39,433 bases of DNA from Octopus bimaculoides. Taxonomy: Eukaryota. The stretch's first letter is position 1; every line of letters starts with the position of its first letter. Under the pieces are notes generated by a model. The model made no database searches and was not told the DNA's origin. It saw only the letters and a program-made list of their open reading frames with translations. This document shows positions 24,506 to 36,867 of this stretch, in pieces. The position numbers were made by a program, and so were the translations under genes. The DNA lies in assembly GCF_001194135.2 (NCBI RefSeq), contig NC_068983.1, forward strand, positions 66,770,274 to 66,809,706, written 5' to 3'.

Positions 24506-25411
24506 TGNNNNNNNNNNNNNNNNNNNNNNNNNNNNNNNNNNNNNNNNNNNNNNNNNNNNNNNNNNNNNNNNNNNNNNNNNNNNNNNNNNNNNNNNNNNNN
24601 NNNNNNNNNNNNNNNNNNNNNNNNNNNNNNNNNNNNNNNNNNNNNNNNNNNNNNNNNNNNNNNNNNNNNNNNNNNNNNNNNNNNNNNNNNNNNNNNNNNN
24701 NNNNNNNNNNNNNNNNNNNNNNNNNNNNNNNNNNNNNNNNNNNNNNNNNNNNNNNNNNNNNNNNNNNNNNNNNNNNNNNNNNNNNNNNNNNNNNNNNNNN
24801 NNNNNNNNNNNNNNNNNNNNNNNNNNNNNNNNNNNNNNNNNNNNNNNNNNNNNNNNNNNNNNNNNNNNNNNNNNNNNNNNNNNNNNNNNNNNNNNNNNNN
24901 NNNNNNNNNNNNNNNNNNNNNNNNNNNNNNNNNNNNNNNNNNNNNNNNNNNNNNNNNNNNNNNNNNNNNNNNNNNNNNNNNNNNNNNNNNNNNNNNNNNN
25001 NNNNNNNNNNNNNNNNNNNNNNNNNNNNNNNNNNNNNNNNNNNNNNNNNNNNNNNNNNNNNNNNNNNNNNNNNNNNNNNNNNNNNNNNNNNNNNNNNNNN
25101 NNNNNNNNNNNNNNNNNNNNNNNNNNNNNNNNNNNNNNNNNNNNNNNNNNNNNNNNNNNNNNNNNNNNNNNNNNNNNNNNNNNNNNNNNNNNNNNNNNNN
25201 NNNNNNNNNNNNNNNNNNNNNNNNNNNNNNNNNNNNNNNNNNNNNNNNNNNNNNNNNNNNNNNNNNNNNNNNNNNNNNNNNNNNNNNNNNNNNNNNNNNN
25301 NNNNNNNNNNNNNNNNNNNNNNNNNNNNNNNNNNNNNNNNNNNNNNNNNNNNNNNNNNNNNNNNNNNNNNNNNNNNNNNNNNNNNNNNNNNNNNNNNNNN
25401 NNNNNNNNNNN

Positions 25412-25456
<45 letters not shown>

Positions 25457-27661
25457 TATGTACACAGCTACATAAACAGATATATAAATATATATCTAAC
25501 ATACACACACACACACACTCATGCATACACATATGTGTGTGTATATATATTTATGTATATTGTGAGGAGATGGGGTTATCAATTGAATTGTATTTTGAAA
25601 AGTTAAGATACCTATAATGAAAACCTTAAAAAGGAAAATGTGAGTTGTAGAATTAAAAAAGTAAACCCTTGAAGAAATGGCTAAAAGGTATGGAGACATA
25701 AAGTTAGAAAACAGGGAAATACACATAATAAAATATAAAATGGACAGAATTATATAACAATCAAATTTTTTTATAGATAATAAAGTAGGGATAAGGTTTA
25801 ACAAAAATAAGCATGTCTGTTTTTATATGTATATTTATATTTTTTTAATATTACCAGTTGAACTATTAGTTAATAAATATCTAACTGATTTCCAAAAGAA
25901 AAATATATGAAATGATAATTTTGTCAAAGAATTTGTAGTTGCTTCTTTTCTTGAAAATACTACCAAATATCACTGATTGATTAGAGCAATATTTTAAATA
26001 AAGCTGAAACTATAAATGTATTATAGAAAAATACCAAATGATTAATTACTTAAACCATTTTTTTTTATATATATTCAAAAGTAACAAAACATATTCTGTC
26101 TTGAAGACAGCCCTTAGCCATGATCACATGCCATCTGTTAAATTGTTACCAGGCATAGTAACTATAGGAAGCTATCTATACTTGATGCTTCTACTACTGC
26201 TACTGCTGTTACTGCTACTATTATTACTACTTGTGTTTATAAGGATGCAGTTACTTTTTAATGCTCACTGTCACCACTACCATACAGCCACTATGATCTT
26301 CATGACTATCATGAGTATCATCATTATCAACATCAACCTGATTGTTAGCTGTTGTCATTATCTGGAGAGCTACTATTCTATTGTAAGAACAGCAATGACA
26401 ACAGAAATATAAGCCATTGTTACAGTGGCAGCCAGCATAAAATCTCAGAGCAATACAAAATTCTCAGCATCATCCTCTCTGATCAACATTTCTCTCCTTC
26501 AAACTCTCTCTCCACCTTTCTGTTACAATAAATTCTATCTTTTAACATTATTCACTGCTATAATGCATCAACATTGTAGTTGTATCGTAGTATTGAGCCA
26601 TTAGTTGTTGTCATTGTCAACAGTGTGGTAGTTATGAGATATTGACTATGATTGCTGTTTGTGTTGCAACTCGTGTGATAGACAGGAATGGATAGCAGAT
26701 TATGCACTATCAAAGTTGCAGTGGATTTTGTATGCTTAAAAGAGTCAGTGGGAAGAGATTAGGAATAGCAGTTTATTTGAAAAGGACACATGAGAATTTC
26801 TTACATTTAGTTTCTTTTGAAATTAATGTATTGAGTCAGTGAAAGGGTACCTGTCTACTGTTATGTCATTGTCATGCTACTACTCAATGAAACTGACCAA
26901 GTGAAGTTGATATCAGAAATAGTACTCTACAAGTGCAACAGATTTGGAAGAAAATTAACTAGAGAAGATCTAAATTCTAGATTATGAAGACCACAAAGAT
27001 AAGAAAGATAGATTATTGTATAATAGAGATGATGGTGATGAGGTGAAATACTATGGGAGATTAGAACATACTCACAAAATGAAATGAAAAGAAGGAATGT
27101 ATGAAAAGAAGTGGAGGAGAGTTTGAAGTGAGAGTAAAGAATAGAAATAAAAGAGAGAAAGAAAGATATAGGAAAAAGAGAAAAGTAGCTATGGTTGAGT
27201 GAGGGGGTGGCAAAAGCAAAGCAGATAAACTGAGAGGCTGAGGCAGGAATGCGGAAGGACTGTAGGTTCTAGAAAACATTCACACAAACACATATGAAGC
27301 AGCAAAATCTTGCTAAAATATAACTGAATACAAGTGGATTATAACACAGACGTTTAGTGCTAACTTTCAATGCAAATGCAGTAGGAAATCACACGGCATT
27401 CCTACACTGCAGTGACCTGAGAGTGTTGGAATGGAGAAATGTGAGAAGGAAAAATGCACACAGTTATACATATGCACAGATATATTGATGCACGTGTATC
27501 ACCAGAGATAGTGATGAACAGAACTACTGACCACTTGCTAAAGAAGAATCAGTCTGTTGAAATTATTGGAAAGAATGTAATATCTATCAGTCACCAGGGA
27601 ACGACATTATTGATAAGTCAGAACCAGTAGTTGTGAAATATTCTTTATTTTGGTAAGTCAC

Positions 27662-27724
27662 CTTAGACAGTGTACAATGCAGCATGCTTGCATATAAGTA
27701 TGTGGAAGGGCGCAGATATGTACA
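27662..27724 (-). pseudogene. Candidate 63-nt exon, VWA domain part
   Basis: Donor AAG|gtgact, weak acceptor. CTYLRPSTYLYASMLHCTLSK, phase 0/0, compatible with the 29139-29233 exon. Confidence 0.4.
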
Positions 27725-29138
27725 CTATTGATGTCTGTTTAGGCTTGTGGTGAAGAAAATTTATTTGAAACTTTTTTATAATTGAAATGATTTTAAAATA
27801 TTTTCGTAAGAAACTGATCCATTCAAATAACAATATTACAGGAATAACAACCAAAACAAACTGTAAACATTGTCACCCATAGAATGCACATATATAAAAA
27901 GAATCTGTATTGAGCTACACTGTTATACACAAATATTAAGGTGTATATGCATCTATTAATAGATGTGTTAATAAGTTTGTAAATATAAACAAATATTACA
28001 TAGATATTAAACACTTTCATGAAACTAGATTTGCTAGGTGTTTCCCTTTCCATTTTAGATCAAACTCTCTTAGCCTATTTATGCATTCAGTGTTGGTTGG
28101 TGGTGGGAGAGTGATATTTGTTTCTATAACCGTTGATTCCTTCTGTTTATGTCGGCCAGTTTAGACACTTTACTACTTTTTAATCATTCTTTCATTCACC
28201 CTTGCATTATAGTTTTCTTGTCTGTGTTTTCTTTTTGTTTAATGCCATAAGTTTTAACTGAGTAAATGTATGTTTATGTGGTATGTGAAGAATGATGTTC
28301 TTAGCTACACATGGATTACAGGTGTAAAGTGAAAGTAAAAATGCACGCATGTACACTCCCACACATACACTCACTATGTTAGCAGTGGAGAGGAAGTGAG
28401 TGTAGAGCTGTGTTAATGCTGCTTGGTATATTGTTCTATGTAGAAATACATACATAGCACATGCACGCATAAAAAAATATAAGAAATACATATTGAATGT
28501 TGGTTTATATGAAGAGATAGGTTGAAGCGAGATGCAAGCAAATCAACTTGAAATATATAAAAGAATAAATACATCGATGTGTAAATGACACATCTGTATG
28601 TTGTCATAAAAACAAATCTATAGTCAACTAGTCGTGTGTATGCGTAGGAATGTGCGCGAGTGTGTAGGTATGTGTGCGTGTGTATGAAACGGTAGAATCC
28701 GAATAAAGTGTCTCCATCGGCAAATAGTAACTCAAAAAGTCATGTGTCAAGAGACAGACGTGTAAATCTTTTAGTACTGATTTTCAGGTAAATGTGTGTG
28801 TATAAGAGAGGGGGAGGGAAGGGAGTAATGTTTTGAAAATATTTTCTATTTTTAACAGTTAATGAAATGGAAATAATAATAGAAGGAAAAGCAGTGGGCA
28901 TTTAAAGATTCAATAGACATTGAGCAGCTGCTTCAATCAAAGATTAGTGATAATTAGAATTATAGTAGTGATGGAGGAGGGTGGGGATCATGTTACACGA
29001 TTCCCACCACTGCCACCACAAATACTACTATAATTCTAATTATAGTTAATATTATTTGGCTATTTGAAGATGGTCGATTGACAAAATGGATAATGCATCG
29101 GACGAAATGCTTTGCGGTATTTAGTTTCGACCCCTCAC

Positions 29139-29233
29139 ATTCTGAGCTGAAATCCCTAAGACGTCGACTTTGTCTTTCAATTTTCTGCGGGTGGTATAAT
29201 GTACGATTTTCTCCAAGATTTCTGGTTTTGAGC
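29139..29233 (-). pseudogene. Candidate 95-nt exon, VWA domain part
   Basis: Acceptor aatttcttacatag, donor AAT|gtgagg. Open frame SKPEILEKIVHYTTRRKLKDKVDVLGISAQN. Confidence 0.55.
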
Positions 29234-29749
29234 CTATGTAAGAAATTCTTATCACACGAATCATGAAATATCAACATAGTTATTTATAGATGATTTTTAG
29301 CATTTTTACTATTTTATTGAAACTGATGGGAGAGCCTGGAATAGTATTAACTGAATAAAATTATGCTGTTTATTAATGTAATATTTTCAGATTAATATTG
29401 TTTTCTCTAATAATAGTTCTTGTTCTTCTATTATTAGAAAAGTCGGTGGATTTGATAGAATTATATCCATGGCGCTTTCTATTTTCGTCACTATTGTAAT
29501 TACCATTATAGTTAGTGTTGGTCATTATTATCTCCGCTACTTTACGCTATGATTACTACTGCTATCATTGCTCTGATTACTGCTGCATCCACTCTTTCTC
29601 ACCACAGACATCTTTGACACTTTAGTTAGGATGGTCGCTGCATTAGACAGAAATTCTAATCGTCAATTTTATCGCACTACTCATCGCAAATCTTTATAGT
29701 CAGCATACACATACATGTAGTGTGTGTATGTGATGGATGGAATTCTTAC

Positions 29750-29809
29750 ACGAAATTCGTGGAAACAAGAGAGAACGTTGACAAGCAATTAGTCTGTCCA
29801 CGGTGGTCC
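29750..29809 (-). other. Candidate 60-nt exon
   Basis: Acceptor agtttattgtag, donor CGT|gtaaga. One frame gives DHRGQTNCLST (weakly like CACHD1 EHRSRPIYVST). That frame is not phase-compatible with the next exon. Confidence 0.3.
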
Positions 29810-30322
29810 CTACAATAAACTATTCGTACTGCTATTCTATATGAATGCCACGCATACCTTTATTATTTGTCGGGTTCGACTACTACTCGTCTGCAACACA
29901 TCGACACCTCATTTAGCAACTTGAAACCTTATTTCCCTTGGACTCAATATAGCAGTTTCTTTCATCTATCCATTTTTTACTTTTCCTTTTCTATTATCTC
30001 TCAGGGGCATCTCTAGCAACAACCTGTTTCTCTCCCCCACTCCATTCAAAGTATTAACTTTGAATACTTAAGCTTAATAGTCTCCAGCTGCACATCGTTT
30101 CCATGCATTACTTATTTCCCCTCGCCTTCGATAAACGCACGAAACCTGACGAACTGAAATGCTAGATTCAATTTGTCTTCAGTGGAGAAATGGCAGGAAG
30201 TCTATCTACCACCCCGATCATTCTACTATTTCTTTTCCTTTTCAATCACTTCTCTGTTTTCACCCCTTCGTATATTTTTACTCTGCAAACGAAAATATAC
30301 GGAGCTTTATGTTTGCAGTTAC

Positions 30323-30387
30323 CTCATTCGATTTTCTACTTGGTTGAAATGCATATTCTGCCTTACAATTCGACAACTGCGATGTTT
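30323..30387 (-). other. Candidate 65-nt exon
   Basis: Acceptor tatattttgattattag, donor GAG|gtaact. Open frame TSQLSNCKAEYAFQPSRKSNE. No firm homology. Confidence 0.35.
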
Positions 30388-30602
30388 CTAATAATCAAAA
30401 TATAAATATAATAACATTACCACTCAGTTTGGCACATATCAACTCGTGCATTTTTTTTAGCTGCAGACTATGCATAATTTCGTGTAATTTAATAGTTCCT
30501 AATGTTATCATCAATATCTCCAGTTTTCTTTTATTTTTAATAACACGCAAAGAGAGAGATAGAGAGAAAAAGAAAGATCATTGCTTAAAAAAATAAAACG
30601 AC

Positions 30603-30703
30603 TGAGAAAACAGTTGTGGCATCGTCCATCGCTGAGTGCCATATCTCGCGGTTCATTTGCAATTGTAGTTGCCTCATTCAAGAATTCAAACTGACTTACG
30701 TCA
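30603..30703 (-). pseudogene. Candidate exon, mature N-terminus of CACHD1-like protein
   Basis: Strong acceptor ttttttttctgttcag. Reads DVSQFEFLNEATTIANEPRDMALSDG. Donor uncertain and similarity is lost after MAL (possible frameshift). Confidence 0.5.
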
Positions 30704-31159
30704 CTGAACAGAAAAAAAAAGTAGATTTAAAAATCAAATCAAATGTGTTGTAGTATAATGTGTATCTGTGTGTATGTTAAAGGATTCCACTGTGCTTTTG
30801 AAATTCGTTTGCTGTTTCCTTCGTTTCCCTGCTTTATCTTGAAGAGTCTGATTTCGTTGTTTTAAGTTAGTCTTCGATTTGTTTATATCGGAAATGCGAT
30901 TCCTTGAAATGTGTTGCCGGTTAACAATTTTTTTTTTAAATATTAGATGGGGTTGTGGTGGGGTATTTATAAGTGAAAGTCAATATTACACGAAACCATA
31001 TTTTGTTTTCTCTTAATTGTTTCATTCATTATCGTTATCACAGTTTCACCTTACTGTTCATATTTCCTGATCATGTTAACACTGTTACCCACTCTCGTGA
31101 TATTTCAAGCAACATGCTTTTACCGATTNNNNNNNNNNTATATATATATATATATATAT

Positions 31160-31450
31160 AGTAGTAGTAGTAGTAGTAGTAGTAGTAGATGATGTGTGGA
31201 TGAATGGTTAAGAAGTTTGCTTCATAATAAAGCAGGCATGGTTTCAATTCGGCAGTGTAGACAAGTGTCATTTTTCCTATAGCCTCAAGTGGCTAGATAG
31301 AAACTGAGTAAAATGGAGGTCAGATGAATTGTACCTGCACTATGCTGATTCTGCCCCAAAATTTGCATTGAGAGTACACATATGTTGAAATACTCAAGCA
31401 TTTACACACTAATACACTGAGCCTTTTAGTGCAGGTGATTGAAAAGCTGA
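31160..31450 (+). mobile_element. (TAG)n microsatellite followed by a decayed SINE
   Basis: tggttaagaagtttgc...tggtttcaattcgg head; the body resembles the 1025-1340 SINE. Confidence 0.5.
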
Positions 31451-31830
31451 ACACTTATCATCTATCATTATGACAGAAATTCTATATATACATATGTATG
31501 TCGATATATAAACGTACAATACGATATTATAACGATATATTAAACAGGTTATAATATAGGTGGCTAAAGCAATTTAAAACCAAAATGGTAGAATACATAA
31601 GTAAGGGTGCAAAATAGCACCTACAATTGCTAGAAATAAGAGCTAAAAATATAACTCGAATAGCCACGCAAAAAAACTAACCTCATGAGATGTTCAAAGG
31701 GACTGTGAGCTGCAAACCACATCTTCCTCCAGCGAGATAAAACTCACCAAATGAAATAATATGATAAGACCCTATCCTATGATTTCGATATTGAGGGAGA
31801 GGGGTGAAGAGTTACATTTGTTTTGGGCTT

Positions 31831-31894
31831 TAGAGTCTGATGAGACGTTCACGGGGCTAAGCCCTTTGTGGATGCAAAACCATTAGTCACTCTA
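31831..31894 (+). ncRNA. Type I hammerhead ribozyme (PLE-style, minimal stem III), G12->A mutant
   Basis: Stem I UAGAGU/ACUCUA; core CUGAUGA (31837-31843); stem II G-C plus cguucac/guggaug capped by gggc-uaa-gccc; CAAAAC where CGAAAC is expected; stem III C-cauua-G; GUC cleavage triplet (31886-31888). Confidence 0.75.
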
Positions 31895-31924
31895 TGACTG
31901 GACATTGATTTAACTACTTATTAA

Positions 31925-32260
31925 CATGTGTGTATGTATGCATGTATATATATATATATATATGTATGTGTGTATGTATGTATGTATATATATGTATGTG
32001 TGTATGTATGTATATATGTGTGTGTGTATGTATGTATGTGTGTGTATATGTATGTATGTGTATGTATGTATATATATGTGCGTGTGTTTGTGTATGTTTA
32101 TATATGTGTGTGTGTTTGTGTATGTACATATATGTGTGTTTGTGTATGTATATGTGTGTTTGTGTATGTATATAACGTAGATGTGTATGTAAATGTGTGT
32201 CTGTGTATATATATGCATATTATATACACAGGCACACACACACACACACACACATATATA
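31925..32260. repeat. Degenerate TA/TG/TATG microsatellite field
   Basis: Directly visible. Confidence 0.95.
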
Positions 32261-33129
32261 CGAAAAAAATTATTATCTCGCATTTGTCTTTCATACTGGC
32301 TTAGGCTGGCATAGTATAGTTAGATGGAATCCAGTGAGGGCTGTCATGCTCCAATTGCTATTTTACCATGGTTGCAAAGGTTGAATGCCCTTCCTAATGC
32401 CAACCACTTTACAAATTGTATTGGATGCTTTGGATAAGAGATGGAGTAGAGTAGAAAGGTTTTGGGGCCAGAAGCTCAGGAAGTGTTAGTAGGTAATTGA
32501 TTGTAAGAGTGTAGAAAAAGAGTCAGAGATGGAGTAGAGGTGAATGTAGGTAAACAAAGGTGGGGAAAGGATTGGTAATAAATGTGAGCTGAGGCTCTGG
32601 AAGAAAGGGTGAACAGCAGCACAATAATGAAACATTGTAAAGAGTATGGATAAGTGATAGGGACAAGTAGCATGGATTGATAAAGATTGCAAGAGTAGGG
32701 GGACAGGCAGGGAGAGTGAGAGACATATAGTGATAGGGTGGAGGTCAGCAGTATGTAAGAATGAATATAGTGAGTAGTAAGCAAAGGTGGAAGGTAGTTG
32801 ATAGTAGACATGAGAGAATGTTAAGAATAAAGGATGTAGTTCAGCAGAGAGGAAAAGATAACTGGTTGCACAGAGAGGTTGATCATTAGAAAATAAGAGT
32901 GAGGAGGAATGAGAGATGGGTATCAAAAGGAATTGCTTCAAGGGAGGGATAACTGGTTGCACAGAAAGGGGATGACATATGTAAATCTACTCTCATTTAA
33001 TTACAGCAGAAGAATAATGCAGTAGTTAGGAAAGTGATGGAGGGATGAAAGGTAAACAAAATTTTGGGAGAGACAAATTGGGAGCTGTGGGGCAAGTTGT
33101 TCATGCTCACATAACGAATTTAGAACCTT

Positions 33130-34080
33130 AGTTTTGCTTTTATGGGCAGGTCATCTTGGGTACTGCTTATCACCATTCATATCAGTCTTTTGTCATCTCT
33201 GCGAGCTTCAAAATACTGATTTCAGCCTTCAATACTATATTCCATGTCTCCCTGGATTTCCTATTCCATAGATTCTATCCACATTAAATGATTACACTTC
33301 TTTATCTGATTCCTCTTATGCCAAATTTTTCTCTCAACACATTTGTACTCTATCATTCATTTACACTGACATTACACATCCAATGGAGGATGCTTGCTTC
33401 ATTTCTTTCTAATCTTTGTAGGTCCACTACATTCAAGGCCCATTTCTCACTACAATATAGCATTGTAGTTCATACACAAATATTATACAATCTGCCTTTC
33501 ACTCTAAGAGAGAAACCTTTTGCTACCAACAATTGTAATAGCTCTCTTAACTTTTTCCAGCCTGCTCTTATTGTGGCTACTATATTTTCTGAACATCTTC
33601 TTCCACTGCTAATTAGGTCATCTATATAACAGAAGCTTTCAACTATCACGACAGATCCTCCTAGGCATTTGAAGAAATCTATTTCCCATGTGCTGTTAGT
33701 GTTTATTGCTCTTGTGCATATGTCACATACAAAGTCTACTTTCCCTATTAACCTGCCTTTGATACCACTGCACCTCTTGTGTGTCCATAGTTTGCATTAG
33801 GTAGACAAATGGAATTCTTCTTATTCCTTTCTTATTCCTTGAGCAAGGCTATATGTTTTCCTGCTTACTAAAGCTCTGGTCTTTATTAAGCCAGGTTTTT
33901 TGTCACCCCTGTAATTTTTTTTTTAATTCTACTATAGAGTCACTATATGAACAAGGTCATCAGCATCCATAAGTTCCTACAGGCATCTAGTCTGAAACTC
34001 CTGTGTTATGGCTTAGAGGACTATGATGAATTAAAGGGGACTGAGAATGGGACCTTGGTAGAGTACTTCTGCACACATAA
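33130..34080 (-). mobile_element. RTE-clade LINE RT remnant
   Basis: LYQGPILSPL*FIIVL*AITQEFQTRCL*ELMDADDL (QG..SP / YADD motifs); FCYIDDLISS...AGWKKLRELL...SLRVKGRLY. Confidence 0.85.
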
Positions 34081-34199
34081 TTCACAATTTGTCAAGATAT
34101 AGAATGTTTGTGTTTGAGCCTTCTAAAACTTTTAGCATACTATCAAAGTAATACAACAGCTGCTATAAGCAGTTCTGCAACAATGAAAGTCATTTGACT

Positions 34200-34520
34200 C
34201 CAGGAGATACTAGCTCTACAGGAATTTAGTTTGATCACATCATTCTTTGAAATACTTTAATGACATGAGTGACAAATGAGATTTGGTGGTAGTTTACAAA
34301 TGACCTGTTTTCATTTTTGAAGACTAGGATGACATATTGCGGTAGGAAGTGCTTTGATATATATAATCTCCAGAGCTTAGCAACAGGACATGTCATTTGG
34401 TGTTGGCATTTCTTCGGAACCCTAGTAGGGTATCTGTCAGGGCCTACTGTAGAGTAATGCTTAATTTCATTTATTACTGCATTGGTTTCTTGAGTGCTGA
34501 ATGATGGCATGTTGTTGTCT
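34200..34520 (-). mobile_element. CR1-group LINE RT N-terminal remnant
   Basis: VGPDRYPTRVPKKC...PVAKLWR...VFKNENRSFVNYHQISFVTHVIKVFQRMM (GPD / NYRPISLTS..KV.E motifs). Confidence 0.7.
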
Positions 34521-35055
34521 GTTTCATTGATACTAAGTCAACTCTTGGATCACTGAATGCAGAGCATTATTGTTTCTGTATAATCTCTCTTATTTCTTTA
34601 GTATAATGGTGAGGTTTCTGTTATCATTTATCAGGGCACTTATAAATGAAACAGCATTCCTATGCTAGTTAGCAAAATGAATACAATGCATTTCGGTTGT
34701 ATTTGATTTTCTTAATGACCCAGTCTTTTTCTGCAGACCTTTGTTGATGTAAGTTTTTACCAAACTATTTCACTATCAAAAGAAGAGCAAGGATCAGTCA
34801 ATAAGTAATAGATCATGCCTAATTACTTCCCAATCTAGTTTATGCAGATTCCTGTTGTCAAATGGATGTGCTGGAGTGATTGTTGTTATTTGATTTTGGT
34901 TTTAGAAATTAAGATTGTAGAGTACTACATCATATTCAGGGAAATGTTTTGGATGGTGCTAGAATGTCTTGTTAGAACTAGTTCCAAGACATGTTTTTGT
35001 GTCTCATTGCATCAAACATGAATTGGGAAGAAAAAAAGCATCCATAACATTGAAG

Positions 35056-35888
35056 AGCAGATTAGTACTTGGACTGTTCATCTATTATACGCTTATACAA
35101 ATGCCTTCTTGGTCACCAGATATTTCAAGCACCATTCTTCATGAACATTATTAATAGACACTGACCACTGTAGACTGGCAATGTTTACATATCTCTTTCA
35201 AATAAATGCCTATTCCATCTAAGGACATGTACATGGAGCTACTATTGCAAAGCGATTAACAAAAATTAACAATTTGATACACTTGATTGCCAAATATATC
35301 TATGATAACTTTTGATAATTTTACTGCTGCTTTTCTTAGTGCTAAGATACTATTCCCGGGTTTCAATGTATTTGTAGGTTAGTACACATAGAGAAGATGG
35401 GAGTCACCCATCACTAATATATTTCCAGATTTTTGCTTTTGCTTTATTGAGACACTCTCAGAAACACTTGAGGATCCTTGAGGACCACAGGACCACTTAT
35501 AGTTAAGTTGTTAACTTTATATAGATACAGATTCACAGTAAACATTGGAAAATAATCCTTTAGATCTATGGTAAGGAAATCATTGAGAAGCATGATGGCT
35601 TCTCCTTTATTTCAGCCTGTGTCATCTGCTTGGATAGATGAACAGCAGATTAGTACTTGAACTGTTCATTTATTATACGCTTATACCAGTGTCTTCTCAG
35701 CATTTGGATATTTTAAGCACCATTCTTCATGACCATTATCAATAGACATTGACCACCATAGACTGGCAATATTTAGATGTCTCTTTCAAATAAATTTCTA
35801 TTCCATCTCAGAACATGTACATGGAGCTACTATTGCAAAGCATTTAACAAAAATTAACAATCTGATGCACTTGATTGCTAAATTTATT
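35056..35888. repeat. Diverged direct repeat of about 245 bp (35056-35300 / 35644-35888)
   Basis: Colinear copies, roughly 85 percent identical by eye. Confidence 0.85.
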
Positions 35889-35965
35889 CAAGATGATGTT
35901 TATGTAGGTTCTTTTTAACCAGCAAATACATATATATATATTATATATATACACACAAACATGAT

Positions 35966-35998
<33 letters not shown>

Positions 35999-36295
35999 TT
36001 GTGTACATATATNNNNNNNNNNNNNNNNNNNNNNNNNNNNNNNNNNNNNNNNNNNNNNNNNNNNNNNNNNNNNNNNNNNNNNNNNNNNNNNNNNNNNNNN
36101 NNNNNNNNNNNNNNNNNNNNNNNNNNNNNNNNNNNNNNNNNNNNNNNNNNNNNNNNNNNNNNNNNNNNNNNNNNNNNNNNNNNNNNNNNNNNNNNNNNNN
36201 NNNNNNNNNNNNNNNNNNNNNNNNNNNNNNNNNNNNNNNNNNNNNNNNNNNNNNNNNNNNNNNNNNTGTGTGTGTGTGTGTGTGTGTATGTCAAA

Positions 36296-36680
36296 TATTA
36301 TTATTAAGTAAGAAAAGGGAGAGATTTAATGAATATAGATTAATTTATTAATTAATTAATATTGCCTACAATTGTTTCAATTTACACTCATTACAAGATA
36401 CAAAACATAAATAAGTTTGCATTTTGAAGATTTTGAGATACTCCAACAGACTGAGTATGTTGGAGTATCTCAACTGATTGACATGTAACTGCCTTAATGT
36501 TCTTCCACCCTGATGATATTTGACTCAAAATCTTCAAAATACAAACTTATTTTATTATATATGTTTTGTAATTTGTAATAAGTGTAAATTGAGACAATTG
36601 TAGGCAATATTAATTAATTGATAAATTCATTTATATCCATTAAACCCCTCCATTTTCTTATTTAGTGATGATATTTGATA
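36296..36680. mobile_element. AT-rich foldback/MITE-like element
   Basis: Imperfect inverted arms of about 150 bp (e.g. attaatattgcctacaattg / caattgtaggcaatattaat) around a short core. Confidence 0.7.
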
Positions 36681-36787
36681 TTTATAATATATTTATTGAA
36701 GAGATATCTCTTAATAATATAATATATTAAACCAGTGTAACTTGGATGGAACCATCCCTATAAGAGGTTTTTATACCCTTATAATGA

Positions 36788-36843
<56 letters not shown>

Positions 36844-36867
36844 GATACACATGTGTATGTGTGTACA

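Larger units (their letters stand above)
28600..31100. promoter_or_regulatory. CpG-retaining unique-sequence domain (candidate unmethylated/promoter region)
   Basis: CG dinucleotides are visibly frequent here and scarce in flanking unique DNA. Not quantified. Confidence 0.45.

Noticed and set aside
32430-33130. 158-aa minus-strand ORF 32486-32962
   Set aside because: Low-complexity L/S/P/H-rich translation of a purine-skewed decayed repeat; no domain motif.
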